From: a virus
Taxonomy: Duplodnaviria; Caudoviricetes
Direction: 5' to 3' (one strand)
DNA length: 53,064 nucleotides
Virus record (IMG/VR): IMGVR_UViG_3300018036_000012
Span: 1-53,064 of that record
This document shows positions 18,056 through 26,926 of the stretch, piece by piece; positions within the stretch are counted from its first letter, which is position 1; each line of letters begins with the position of its first letter. The position numbers and the translations under genes were made by a program. A model generated the notes under the pieces. It was not told where the DNA came from and did not search any database. It saw nothing but the letters and a program-made list of their open reading frames with translations.

Positions 18056-18615
18056 GTGCAGACGTCGACATTGACTTTGCTGACAGGCAAGCAATCATTG
18101 ATTTAATTCAATGTACTTCTGCTAGGCAAAACGAACAAGGTCGACGTCATAATTCTGGTGTATATGTTACGCCTGTGCCGTATGATGCAAAAAACAATTG
18201 TGCTAGCATAACATACGACGAAGCTGAAAGTCGTGGGTACTTTAAACTGGACTTTCTCAACATGAGTGTGTACACATCTATACGAGATCAGCAGCACTAT
18301 GACGAATTGTTAGCAAAAGAACCCCAATGGGACTTGATGTGGACTAACAGCGATCTTGCACAAAAACTAGTGCATGTAGGCAACTACGCACAGCTACTCA
18401 ATGAGATGCGCCCAGACAGCATACAGCGTATGGCTGCATTTATATCTGTTATTCGACCCGGTAAAGCACACTTGAAAAACAAGCCATGGAATGAGGTGTT
18501 TGCTAGTGTATGGGATGGTGATAGTAGTGATGGGTTTGTGTTTAAGAAGTCGCATGCTGTTAGCTATGCAACACTAGTGGCATTGCATCTTAATCTACTC
18601 TGCGAACAAGAGTAA
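18052..18615 (+). CDS. minimal DNA polymerase III alpha (DnaE)-like catalytic core, 187 aa
   Basis: DVDIDF, RHNSGVYV, YFKLDFLN, IRPG and FKKSHAVSYA match family-C polymerase motifs; start moved to ATG 18052. Confidence 0.8.
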   Translation: MSADVDIDFADRQAIIDLIQCTSARQNEQGRRHNSGVYVTPVPYDAKNNCASITYDEAESRGYFKLDFLNMSVYTSIRDQQHYDELLAKEPQWDLMWTNSDLAQKLVHVGNYAQLLNEMRPDSIQRMAAFISVIRPGKAHLKNKPWNEVFASVWDGDSSDGFVFKKSHAVSYATLVALHLNLLCEQE

Positions 18616-18967
18616 TACTACGGCGTTTAATTTTCTTACGTGACAGTTCTGCTAAACTTGTTGCAGGTCCGAGTAATATATCCAGGTCCTTATTGATAAA
18701 TGTTCTGAGATAAGGCCTAAATTGTTCCCAATCATTTTTGAGAAAAATGTTGATGGGTATACTGCGATTGCTTTCCCACCACCACTGTGATGCTAGTTCG
18801 ATAAAATCTCGTTTTTGTTGATCGTTTACTATACTACCAAAATCGTATATAGTTGTAACTTGATCATCGCGATTTTGAACCACACCGACATATTCGTTTT
18901 TTGCATATGTGCAAAACGTAATAAATGGATATCGCTCGGCGATCTTTTGGAAGAGTTCTACGCCCAT
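18590..18967 (-). CDS. hypothetical phage protein
   Basis: 125-aa ORF, WWWESNRSIPINIFL; divergent from the late gene at 18995. Confidence 0.75.
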   Translation of the reverse strand: MGVELFQKIAERYPFITFCTYAKNEYVGVVQNRDDQVTTIYDFGSIVNDQQKRDFIELASQWWWESNRSIPINIFLKNDWEQFRPYLRTFINKDLDILLGPATSLAELSRKKIKRRSITLVRRVD

Positions 18968-18972
18968 AAATA
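18965..18972 (+). promoter_or_regulatory. late promoter (caTAAATA)
   Basis: TAAATA core ~22 nt upstream of ATG 18995. Confidence 0.65.
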
Positions 18973-18994
18973 CCTTGTATTGGAGTTATAATTA

Positions 18995-19990
18995 ATGTAT
19001 TCTACCACTGTGTATTTATATCAACAAAAGCAACAGGTGTTATTAGTCGACACCAGTGGTGCGTATTTTCAAAGGAGATGGCAACCGGTGTATGCAAAGA
19101 AACTTAAAGTGAACCTAGGAGTTGATAATGTTATTCTTTTTGAATTTATCAACCAAGATCAAAAGCCTGTAAATATTTCAGGTAGTACGATCACATTCAG
19201 AATGATGAGCACCGACGGCGAGGAACTACTGGCTGTCAAGGACTTGGACATATTGTCAGCAGCATATGGTCGTGCTAAAGTTGTTTTATCGCATGAGTTG
19301 TTGAGCAGTATTGAAGCTCAGACTGCCAGTTGGAGTTTGGAAAGAGCAAGTGGCGAATTGTTTGAAGCAGTTTTCACTGATGCATATTCTAGCAGCAGAG
19401 GGCAAGTGGATATTGTTGACAGTGTTTATCCAAACTATGTAGAAAGTGCAATACTTGAAGTACCTTCGCCGTTGAAGCAAAATACACCAGCTGCAAACAA
19501 TGACAGAAATTATAGCAGTATAGCATACACCGCAGACAATACGTTAACAACTTTTCAACTTGACTTTGACAACTTTACTGGTAATGTAAAAGCACAAGGC
19601 AGTGATTCACAACTCGGTCCATGGTATGATATCGGATCACAAACAGTGTACAGTAACCAAGACACACGTGATTACATCAACGTTGATGGTACACACAATT
19701 GGGTGCGTTTTGAAATTAACCAATACGGGTATAGTGCAAGTGCAGTTGCGGAAGTTGCTGACGGGCGTGTTAGTAACATCTCATTAAATGGCGGCGGTGT
19801 TGAATGGTATGGCACAGGCAATCCTAATGTTGACATCGAAGGCGGACGAGGAACAGGCGCAACAGCTACAGCCACAGTCACAGCTAATGCAGTATCGAGT
19901 ATTTCACTAGTTACCACCGGGCAAGGATATATAACAGTACCAGAAGTAAAATTAAACAGCGGAAAAATTACTCAAATACTCTATAGATAA
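18995..19990 (+). CDS. putative virion structural protein (baseplate/tail-associated)
   Basis: Late promoter, GGAG RBS; C-terminal G.G.GATATA.V....V.SI....G.GY...P.V module typical of phage structural proteins. Confidence 0.65.
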   Translation: MYSTTVYLYQQKQQVLLVDTSGAYFQRRWQPVYAKKLKVNLGVDNVILFEFINQDQKPVNISGSTITFRMMSTDGEELLAVKDLDILSAAYGRAKVVLSHELLSSIEAQTASWSLERASGELFEAVFTDAYSSSRGQVDIVDSVYPNYVESAILEVPSPLKQNTPAANNDRNYSSIAYTADNTLTTFQLDFDNFTGNVKAQGSDSQLGPWYDIGSQTVYSNQDTRDYINVDGTHNWVRFEINQYGYSASAVAEVADGRVSNISLNGGGVEWYGTGNPNVDIEGGRGTGATATATVTANAVSSISLVTTGQGYITVPEVKLNSGKITQILYR

Positions 19991-20000
19991 AAGGTACTAC

Positions 20001-20744
20001 ATGGCTATTAAACGAATTATAGCATTTGGTGATAGTTGGACTTATGGCGACGAACTATTGGATCCGCAATTCAGTGCACATCCAGATAAAGGAATACTTG
20101 ATCATTATACTGAAAATACAAAATATCGGTTAGATCATTGTTACGCTGGGCTTGTTGCCGACCATTATAGTGTTGAATTAGAAAACCTAGCATTTCCCGG
20201 TAGCAGCCTCGAAAGCATGCGTTGGACAGTGGATTGGTTGTTAAACAACAACGGCCAAGATCTACAGGATTCATTGTGGCTAGTGGGTCTAACTGACAGC
20301 AGTAGACAGAGTTGGTTTAATCCGTTGCACGAAGTAGGCAGGAAAGATCCGCCATGGAACCGGCACATGCACGGAACTTGGTTAACACAACCCAATCCTG
20401 ACATTGATGACAACTGGTTTAAACTACAAAAAATGTGGCTAGGAATGAGCTATCATCGAGAATGGAGCGAATACAATTATCGACAAACAATTAATTTGTT
20501 TGACTATGCTGCTACCAAGGCTGGCGCAAAATTATTACAGTTCAGTGTGCTGGGAAATAATTGGAAAACACAATCACCTACGTTACTTTACCCTGGAACG
20601 AATTGGCGCAACATCCTTCAAGCTAAACAAAAAGAGTTATCGATTAAGCTTTTTGCTGCAAAAGGACATCCGAATGAAAAAGGCCATGAAATTATATCAA
20701 AACACTTGATTGAACACATAAAGTGTGCTAATATAATAGCATAA
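20001..20744 (+). CDS. SGNH/GDSL hydrolase-like protein
   Basis: IAFGDSWTYG block I, NLAFPGSS block II, GHPNEKGH block V. Confidence 0.75.
   Translation: MAIKRIIAFGDSWTYGDELLDPQFSAHPDKGILDHYTENTKYRLDHCYAGLVADHYSVELENLAFPGSSLESMRWTVDWLLNNNGQDLQDSLWLVGLTDSSRQSWFNPLHEVGRKDPPWNRHMHGTWLTQPNPDIDDNWFKLQKMWLGMSYHREWSEYNYRQTINLFDYAATKAGAKLLQFSVLGNNWKTQSPTLLYPGTNWRNILQAKQKELSIKLFAAKGHPNEKGHEIISKHLIEHIKCANIIA
20710..20737 (+). promoter_or_regulatory. sigma70-type promoter giving a probable leaderless primase mRNA
   Basis: TTGAAC-16 nt-TATAAT; ATG 6 nt after the -10. Confidence 0.55.
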
Positions 20745-21721
20745 TGTTAGACATAATCAGTTATCTGCCCACAAAGCATAAAGTGACTAGTTCGGGATGG
20801 ATTAGTTTTAATGCTCCGTGTTGCATTCACAATGGTGAATCAACGGATCGACGAAGTCGTGGCGGACTACGGCAACAGGATGATGAATGGAGTTATCATT
20901 GCTTTAACTGCGGATTTACTGCTAGTTTTACTCCAGGCAGGCCAGTGAGTTATAAAGCTAGACGATTTCTAGAATGGCTTGGTGTAGACAGCGTCGATGT
21001 TGAACGTCTTAATTTAGAAAGTCTTAAACGCAAGAGTTTGCTGGACTTAACAGCAGAGCGCAATCAAATACGCCATGTGGATGTAGCGTTTAACGAAACT
21101 GAAGTTCCAGAGGGTGTTGAAGTAATCGATCCCCGAAATGTAGATCATCAACGATATTTAGACTATCTAGCAAGTAGGAGAATAGTGTTAGAATATCCGT
21201 TTTTAGTTGACAAGAAACGTGGGGTACGAGATAGGATAGTAGTCCCATACACATACAAAAATAGAATTGTTGGGCATACGTCAAGGTACTTGGACAATCG
21301 TACACCCAAGTTTATTAACAGTCAGCAACCTGGGTATGTGTTTGGGTATGACTTGCAAAAAGCAGACTGGACTAGTGCAATTGTAACTGAGGGAATTTTT
21401 GATGCATTGAGTATAAGTGGCTTGGCAGTTATGCATGATACTATTAGTCCACAGCAAGCACAACTATTAAAACAACTAAAGCGTAGGATTATTGTTGTTC
21501 CTGATCAAGACAAAGCAGGGTTAAGTATTATAGATGCAGCCGTTGAATACAAATTTGAAGTAAGCATACCAGACTGGCCGGATGATGTTAAAGACGTAAA
21601 TGATGCAGTCGTGAAATACGGAGTAGTAAATACACTATTGCAAATACACAAACATGCTGAATCAAGCAAGATTAAAATTGAAATGTTTAAGAAAAGACTG
21701 CAAAGGAAACTAAATGAGTAA
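20744..21721 (+). CDS. DNA primase (zinc finger + TOPRIM; gp61/DnaG-like)
   Basis: PCC...YHCFNC zinc finger; VTEGIFDA, VPDQDKAG, KDVNDA. Confidence 0.9.
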   Translation: MLDIISYLPTKHKVTSSGWISFNAPCCIHNGESTDRRSRGGLRQQDDEWSYHCFNCGFTASFTPGRPVSYKARRFLEWLGVDSVDVERLNLESLKRKSLLDLTAERNQIRHVDVAFNETEVPEGVEVIDPRNVDHQRYLDYLASRRIVLEYPFLVDKKRGVRDRIVVPYTYKNRIVGHTSRYLDNRTPKFINSQQPGYVFGYDLQKADWTSAIVTEGIFDALSISGLAVMHDTISPQQAQLLKQLKRRIIVVPDQDKAGLSIIDAAVEYKFEVSIPDWPDDVKDVNDAVVKYGVVNTLLQIHKHAESSKIKIEMFKKRLQRKLNE

Positions 21722-22409
21722 GCTTTATGTGTTTGGTGACAGCTACACTACACCCAACTATTGTGTTGCCCAACAAGACAGTTGGTGGGGCCTTTGTGCA
21801 GGGTTGTTGCCAGTTGATGAAATACACAACCATAGTTGGCCCGGAAATAACATCGAAAGTATTGCTCATACAATTCTACATACCGATATTGATCGTGATG
21901 ATTTTGTTATTGTTGCAGTTCCCCCAATGGGACGAATTACATACTTTGCAGGAGAAGCTGCTAAATTACAGCATTATACAGTTTACAATCATGACATGCA
22001 ACAACAGTACACACAGCCTGAGTTGTGTCACAAAGGCTTGACGCAAATACCAACGCACGAGACTGAAAAAGAAAATATTGATAGATGGGACAACAGTTGG
22101 GGCGAAGCTACTGCGTTAAGAGAATTATTGTTATTAGATGTTCTATTAGATAAAGTTATGTTTTGTGTTATGTCTACTCCTTTTATGGAAAAGTCATCCT
22201 GGCCCACAATAAAAACTCTGATCAAAAAGACAAAAAAACCGCAATTTCAGACTTGCAAAAACACATACTACAGTGTAAACTTACATATAAATAAACCAGT
22301 AGATTATGATACATATGGCTGGTTTGGGCATCATGGTGCCATCGGCAACAAGCATTATTTTAATATTACAGCAAAACCTACAATGCAAAAACTAGGATGG
22401 ATAGTATGA
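21714..22409 (+). CDS. SGNH hydrolase-like protein
   Basis: LYVFGDSYT, NHSWPGNN, GHHGAIGN. Confidence 0.65.
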   Translation: MSKLYVFGDSYTTPNYCVAQQDSWWGLCAGLLPVDEIHNHSWPGNNIESIAHTILHTDIDRDDFVIVAVPPMGRITYFAGEAAKLQHYTVYNHDMQQQYTQPELCHKGLTQIPTHETEKENIDRWDNSWGEATALRELLLLDVLLDKVMFCVMSTPFMEKSSWPTIKTLIKKTKKPQFQTCKNTYYSVNLHINKPVDYDTYGWFGHHGAIGNKHYFNITAKPTMQKLGWIV

Positions 22410-23062
22410 AGTTCTATTTCAATGGATGTAGTATCACCCAAGGTGCTGGCTTTACAAACGAAAAAGCCGATGCTAGAATATATCCTAACTTGATTGCAAC
22501 TGATCATATCAATGATGCTAGCGGTGGCGCAAGTAACTTGAAAATATTTTTACACACAAGCAAAGCAATTGTTGACAACTTAGCTGATATATATATTGTA
22601 CAATGGAGTTCTGTCCATCGGCATTGGGTTTACCCAGCACCAGACCGAGGTATCTATTTTGGATCGACTCAAGATGCAATATCAACTAATGACAAGTTTA
22701 TTGTCCAATATCAGTTGCTCAATCACGATTATGGTAATATAATGCAACTAATAGACTTTTGCCGTATATTACAAGATCAAGCAAGCAGTCACAATGTAAA
22801 ACTGTTGTTTGTTAACGGATTGATTAGCTGGAGCGACAGCATAGACTGGATGAATAAACTAGTGCAGGATGCTAGCAGTGACCATGATAGATTTGTTGAA
22901 CAAATGCAAAACAACATGGAATTGGTAGATTGGGATTTGTGGATCGATCCTTGGGATAGCATGTACAAAAACAAACTTGACGTAGCCGAGGACGGATCAC
23001 ATCCAGGGCCGCTAACACATAAACACGTAGCTGACCAAATAAGGAATAAATTAAAAGTATGA
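22406..23062 (+). CDS. SGNH hydrolase-like protein
   Basis: FNGCSITQG, NDASGGASN, DGSHPGPLTH; start moved to ATG 22406. Confidence 0.7.
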   Translation: MKFYFNGCSITQGAGFTNEKADARIYPNLIATDHINDASGGASNLKIFLHTSKAIVDNLADIYIVQWSSVHRHWVYPAPDRGIYFGSTQDAISTNDKFIVQYQLLNHDYGNIMQLIDFCRILQDQASSHNVKLLFVNGLISWSDSIDWMNKLVQDASSDHDRFVEQMQNNMELVDWDLWIDPWDSMYKNKLDVAEDGSHPGPLTHKHVADQIRNKLKV

Positions 23063-24465
23063 CTGAATATACATATGAAGTACAAAAATTATTCTTAGAA
23101 ATGGCAATGCAAGATGCACAGAGTTACTTGCGTGTGCAAAACATTTTCAACAAAGAAAATTTTGATAAAGATCTGCGTGAAGCTGCTGAGTTTATCTATG
23201 ACCATGCAAATGAGCATAAAACACTTCCGGACCGTATGCAAGTAAAGGCAGTTACTGGAGTTGATTTACAGGAGATACCCGATCTCAACAGTGGGCACAC
23301 TGATTGGTTCTTAGGCGAGTTTGAAAGCTTTACTCGCAGACAGGAACTTGAACGTGCAATTTTACAAAGTGCAGATTTATTGGAAAAAGGAGAGTACTCG
23401 CCTGTTGAAAAACTAATCAAAGATGCTGTGCAAATAAGTTTAACAAAAGACTTGGGAACAAATTACTTTGAAGATCCCAAAGCCAGACTATCGGCACTTA
23501 AAGACAACAATGGGCAGAACAGTACAGGCTGGAAAAACTTGGATAGACTGTTGTATGGTGGCTTTAATAGAGGCGAACTACAAATTTTTGCAGGTGGATC
23601 AGGTTCGGGCAAGAGTTTGTTTATGCAAAACTTGGCAGTTAATTGGATGGAAGCTGGGCTTAATGGGACTTATATTACATTGGAGCTCAGTGAGGGCTTG
23701 ACAGCCATGCGACTTGATAGTATGTTAACTGGAACACCTAGCAAACAGTTGTTTAAAGATATTGACACTGTTGAAATGAAAGTCAAAATGGCAGGCAAAA
23801 AAGCAGGTAATCTGCAGATTAAATACATGCCAGCACAAAGTACTGTTAACGATATTCGTGCATTTGTAAAAGAACTTAGTATTAAACAAGGCAAAGACAT
23901 TGATTTTATGCTAGTTGACTACTTGGACTTGCTTATGCCAGTGAGTGCAAAAGTTAGTCCAAATGATTTGTTTGTGAAAGACAAGTATGTAAGTGAAGAA
24001 CTGCGCAACTTGGCACGTGAATTAAACATATTATTTGTTACAGCAAGTCAGTTGAACAGAAGTGCTGTCGAGGAAATTGAATTTGATCATTCGCATATCT
24101 CGGGCGGTATTAGTAAGATCAACACAGCAGACAACGTGTTTGGTATCTTTACAAGTAGAGCAATGAAAGAACGTGGGCGCTATCAAATACAAGCAATGAA
24201 AACTAGAAGCAGTAGTGGTGTGGGACAAAAGATTGACCTGGAGTTCGACATGGAAAGCTTGAGGATCACTGGACTTGATGATGATGAAGCAGCATCAGGT
24301 GCAGGAACACAAGGCAGCACTATACTAGCAGGCATTAAAGCAAAAAGTCAAATGGTACAAAAAGACGTAACTGACAGCATGCCGCAAGATGCTCCTAAGG
24401 TAGTAGCTGATGTACAGAGCAGCAAGCTCAAACAAATGCTGGCAGGAATTAAACAAAACGGATGA
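23059..24465 (+). CDS. dnaB: replicative DnaB-family helicase (T4 gp41-like)
   Basis: GGSGSGKS, ITLELSE, LVDYLDL, TASQLNR, KTR. Confidence 0.93.
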   Translation: MTEYTYEVQKLFLEMAMQDAQSYLRVQNIFNKENFDKDLREAAEFIYDHANEHKTLPDRMQVKAVTGVDLQEIPDLNSGHTDWFLGEFESFTRRQELERAILQSADLLEKGEYSPVEKLIKDAVQISLTKDLGTNYFEDPKARLSALKDNNGQNSTGWKNLDRLLYGGFNRGELQIFAGGSGSGKSLFMQNLAVNWMEAGLNGTYITLELSEGLTAMRLDSMLTGTPSKQLFKDIDTVEMKVKMAGKKAGNLQIKYMPAQSTVNDIRAFVKELSIKQGKDIDFMLVDYLDLLMPVSAKVSPNDLFVKDKYVSEELRNLARELNILFVTASQLNRSAVEEIEFDHSHISGGISKINTADNVFGIFTSRAMKERGRYQIQAMKTRSSSGVGQKIDLEFDMESLRITGLDDDEAASGAGTQGSTILAGIKAKSQMVQKDVTDSMPQDAPKVVADVQSSKLKQMLAGIKQNG

Positions 24466-25538
24466 CCCAATTTTGTAGACACCTGAGCAATGCACTTGCA
24501 ATCAACAACCTTGGCGGAGACTTTACAGTCAGTCCGTGTTGTTATTTTTCGCACAATGAAAGTGTACACGATCTTTCAACTTTGCCTCAATTGAGAGAAA
24601 AGTGGAACTCGGGTGATTTAACAAAAACTTGCAGTCTTTGTATACACCAAGAACAACAAAAACAAATCAGCTACAGGCAAGCCGGTTTTGATCTAATGAC
24701 AGACAGTGATGGATTGCAGATGCTCACTATTGCAGTTACCAAGCAATGCAATCTTGCTTGTGCTAGCTGCGATAGCAATAGCAGCAGTTTCTGGCAAGAC
24801 GAAAATATTCGCAATGGGGTAGAGAACACTAAAGTGTTGGATCGAAAAGGTACAAACACTGACGACAAACTAGTAAGTTGGTTCGAAACACTGGATACTA
24901 CAAATCTTAGGTATATCAAGTTCGGTGGTGGTGAACCATTAATGAATAATACTCATTTAAGAATACTAGAACTTGTCAATAACCCACAAGATATTACAAT
25001 ACAATATACCAGCAATTACACATTGTATCCGTCGGATAAAACACTAGCACAGTGGCAACGTTTTAAACTGGTTAAGTGGATAGGTAGCATCGACGGAGTA
25101 GGCAAACAGTTTGAATATTTGCGTTGGCCAGCAAAATTTTCCACTGTTGAAAAGTTGGTCAATAAAGCTATAGAGGAATGTCCAGGAAATGTTATGTTTG
25201 GTATAGAGCATACATTAAATCCTTTCAACGTCTTTTACTATGATAAAATTAAAGAGTGGTATAAGGACGCAATGCTGACAAATAGATTTGGTGATCCTAG
25301 CGATTTTAATATACATCCGTGTCACGGTACTATAGGAATTGAAAAAACACCAACTGCACTGCGAAAAAAGATAAAAGAAAGGTACGGAAGCGAGCATGAA
25401 ATATCCATCATGTTAAATCAGTATCCGTACACTGAACACAAATCAGCAATTAACTGGGCAAACACATTAGATAAATGGCGGAATCTGCAATGGGATACAA
25501 CCTTCCATGAAATTACCAAATATTTTAATAGCCACTGA
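24462..25538 (+). CDS. radical SAM protein with an N-terminal twitch/SPASM-like Cys domain
   Basis: CNLACASC (CxxxCxxC), FGGGEPL, SIDG; N-terminal C...PCC...CSLC. Confidence 0.88.
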   Translation: MTQFCRHLSNALAINNLGGDFTVSPCCYFSHNESVHDLSTLPQLREKWNSGDLTKTCSLCIHQEQQKQISYRQAGFDLMTDSDGLQMLTIAVTKQCNLACASCDSNSSSFWQDENIRNGVENTKVLDRKGTNTDDKLVSWFETLDTTNLRYIKFGGGEPLMNNTHLRILELVNNPQDITIQYTSNYTLYPSDKTLAQWQRFKLVKWIGSIDGVGKQFEYLRWPAKFSTVEKLVNKAIEECPGNVMFGIEHTLNPFNVFYYDKIKEWYKDAMLTNRFGDPSDFNIHPCHGTIGIEKTPTALRKKIKERYGSEHEISIMLNQYPYTEHKSAINWANTLDKWRNLQWDTTFHEITKYFNSH

Positions 25539-26097
25539 TTTTGCATGCGGCGGGATTGTTACTACTATTTTAAACAATCAGCAGATTAAATGGAACCCTA
25601 GGCTAGACGGCAGTGTAGATAGTTACGAGCACCAAGACCTTAAAAATGTTAAAATTTTTCACGAAGGCTACCGCACAAGCAAACCGGGTGTTTGGTATCA
25701 GACACACCTTGAAGATGTTTCACTTGATCTTTTTGATAAAAAATTAATCATCACAACAGAGAACATCTACAGTCGATATATAATATTTTTAAGATGTTAT
25801 AAGTTTCTACATCCAAATTGGACGGAAGATAACACTCCAGAATCTATAGATAAAATAAGAGAATTAGCAAAAACATATGCTATACCAAGAATAACCAAGG
25901 CTCGACCAGGGTGTAAAAGTATAGAATTAATTAATTTAATTGAGGACAATCACAAATTATTCGATACAAATAATGCTCAATGGAAAATCTGGAAAGAAAA
26001 AAACAGTTACCTGTATGAAAGAAATATGTGGACACTGAAAAGGTTTAGCGAAGCACTTTGGGAAACAGAAAACCAACAACTTTTTAAATATACATAA
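25507..26097 (+). CDS. hypothetical protein (possibly sulfotransferase-like)
   Basis: 196-aa ORF; weak resemblance to 15390-16052 at the N-terminus. Confidence 0.55.
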   Translation: MKLPNILIATDFACGGIVTTILNNQQIKWNPRLDGSVDSYEHQDLKNVKIFHEGYRTSKPGVWYQTHLEDVSLDLFDKKLIITTENIYSRYIIFLRCYKFLHPNWTEDNTPESIDKIRELAKTYAIPRITKARPGCKSIELINLIEDNHKLFDTNNAQWKIWKEKNSYLYERNMWTLKRFSEALWETENQQLFKYT

Positions 26098-26100
26098 ATA
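26093..26100 (+). promoter_or_regulatory. late promoter (caTAAATA)
   Basis: TAAATA core ahead of the head-protein block. Confidence 0.7.
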
Positions 26101-26121
26101 CTAAAAAGGACAAACAAAGTC

Positions 26122-26382
26122 ATGCAAAAAAAGACTCGCAGCATCTTTGATGAGCTAGATGGCATTTACAATGAGCGTTATAAAAAACTCGAAGAACGTG
26201 AATATGTCGTCGAGAGTCGTGCTAGTAATGTTATTGCTAGCGCAGTGCGTCTGATGGAACAAATTGAAGAATTATACACTGCTGAGCAAGCTGAAAATTT
26301 ACAACGCAAATTGTTAAATGCCATCCGAACACGAGATCCTGGCAAGTTTTCCAGATCAGTGAGACGTACAAATGAAAAGTAA
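26122..26382 (+). CDS. small late protein
   Basis: AAGGA RBS, late promoter; helical. Confidence 0.75.
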   Translation: MQKKTRSIFDELDGIYNERYKKLEEREYVVESRASNVIASAVRLMEQIEELYTAEQAENLQRKLLNAIRTRDPGKFSRSVRRTNEK

Positions 26383-26917
26383 AGCACAACTAATACAAGA
26401 AAATCTATTAGCAGAACTTGAAAAAGTATCTGAAATTGAATTTTTTAAAAAAGCCGGAAAAGCTGTCTCTGGGGTTGCCACTGGTTTGGATAAACTTAGT
26501 AATCTTGGCAAAAAAGTACAAGACTATGATCCAGCTAAACCTACTGTAAAGAAAACATCAGCAGAGGATCCGCAAGCTTCCTGGGAAGCCAAGCAAAAAG
26601 AAATTGAAGACACAGCACGTAAAGCTGCATTAAAGAAAAAACTAGGCAAAAGCTCGGCTGATATTGCTCAGTATCGTAAAGAAAAAGCCGAAAAAGCTGC
26701 TATTGCAAAAAGTATTTCTAGACAAAAGAAAAAACGCCCTAGCAGCATTGCTACAGGAATTGCAAAGTCAGCACCAGTTGCGCCAACACCGGTACCTGGA
26801 CAAAAAGCCAAAGCAAACAAGCAATCTAAGCTTCCTGCAATTGGTGGAATACTACCAACCGATCCGAGATATCCAGCGTTGGCAGCAAAAGTTGCTGCGG
26901 CTGAGAAAAACAAATAA
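26372..26917 (+). CDS. Lys/Ala-rich putative internal head protein
   Basis: N-terminal IQE/LAE/VSE motifs followed by a basic low-complexity body. Confidence 0.6.
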   Translation: MKSKAQLIQENLLAELEKVSEIEFFKKAGKAVSGVATGLDKLSNLGKKVQDYDPAKPTVKKTSAEDPQASWEAKQKEIEDTARKAALKKKLGKSSADIAQYRKEKAEKAAIAKSISRQKKKRPSSIATGIAKSAPVAPTPVPGQKAKANKQSKLPAIGGILPTDPRYPALAAKVAAAEKNK

Positions 26918-26926
26918 GGTAAAAGC

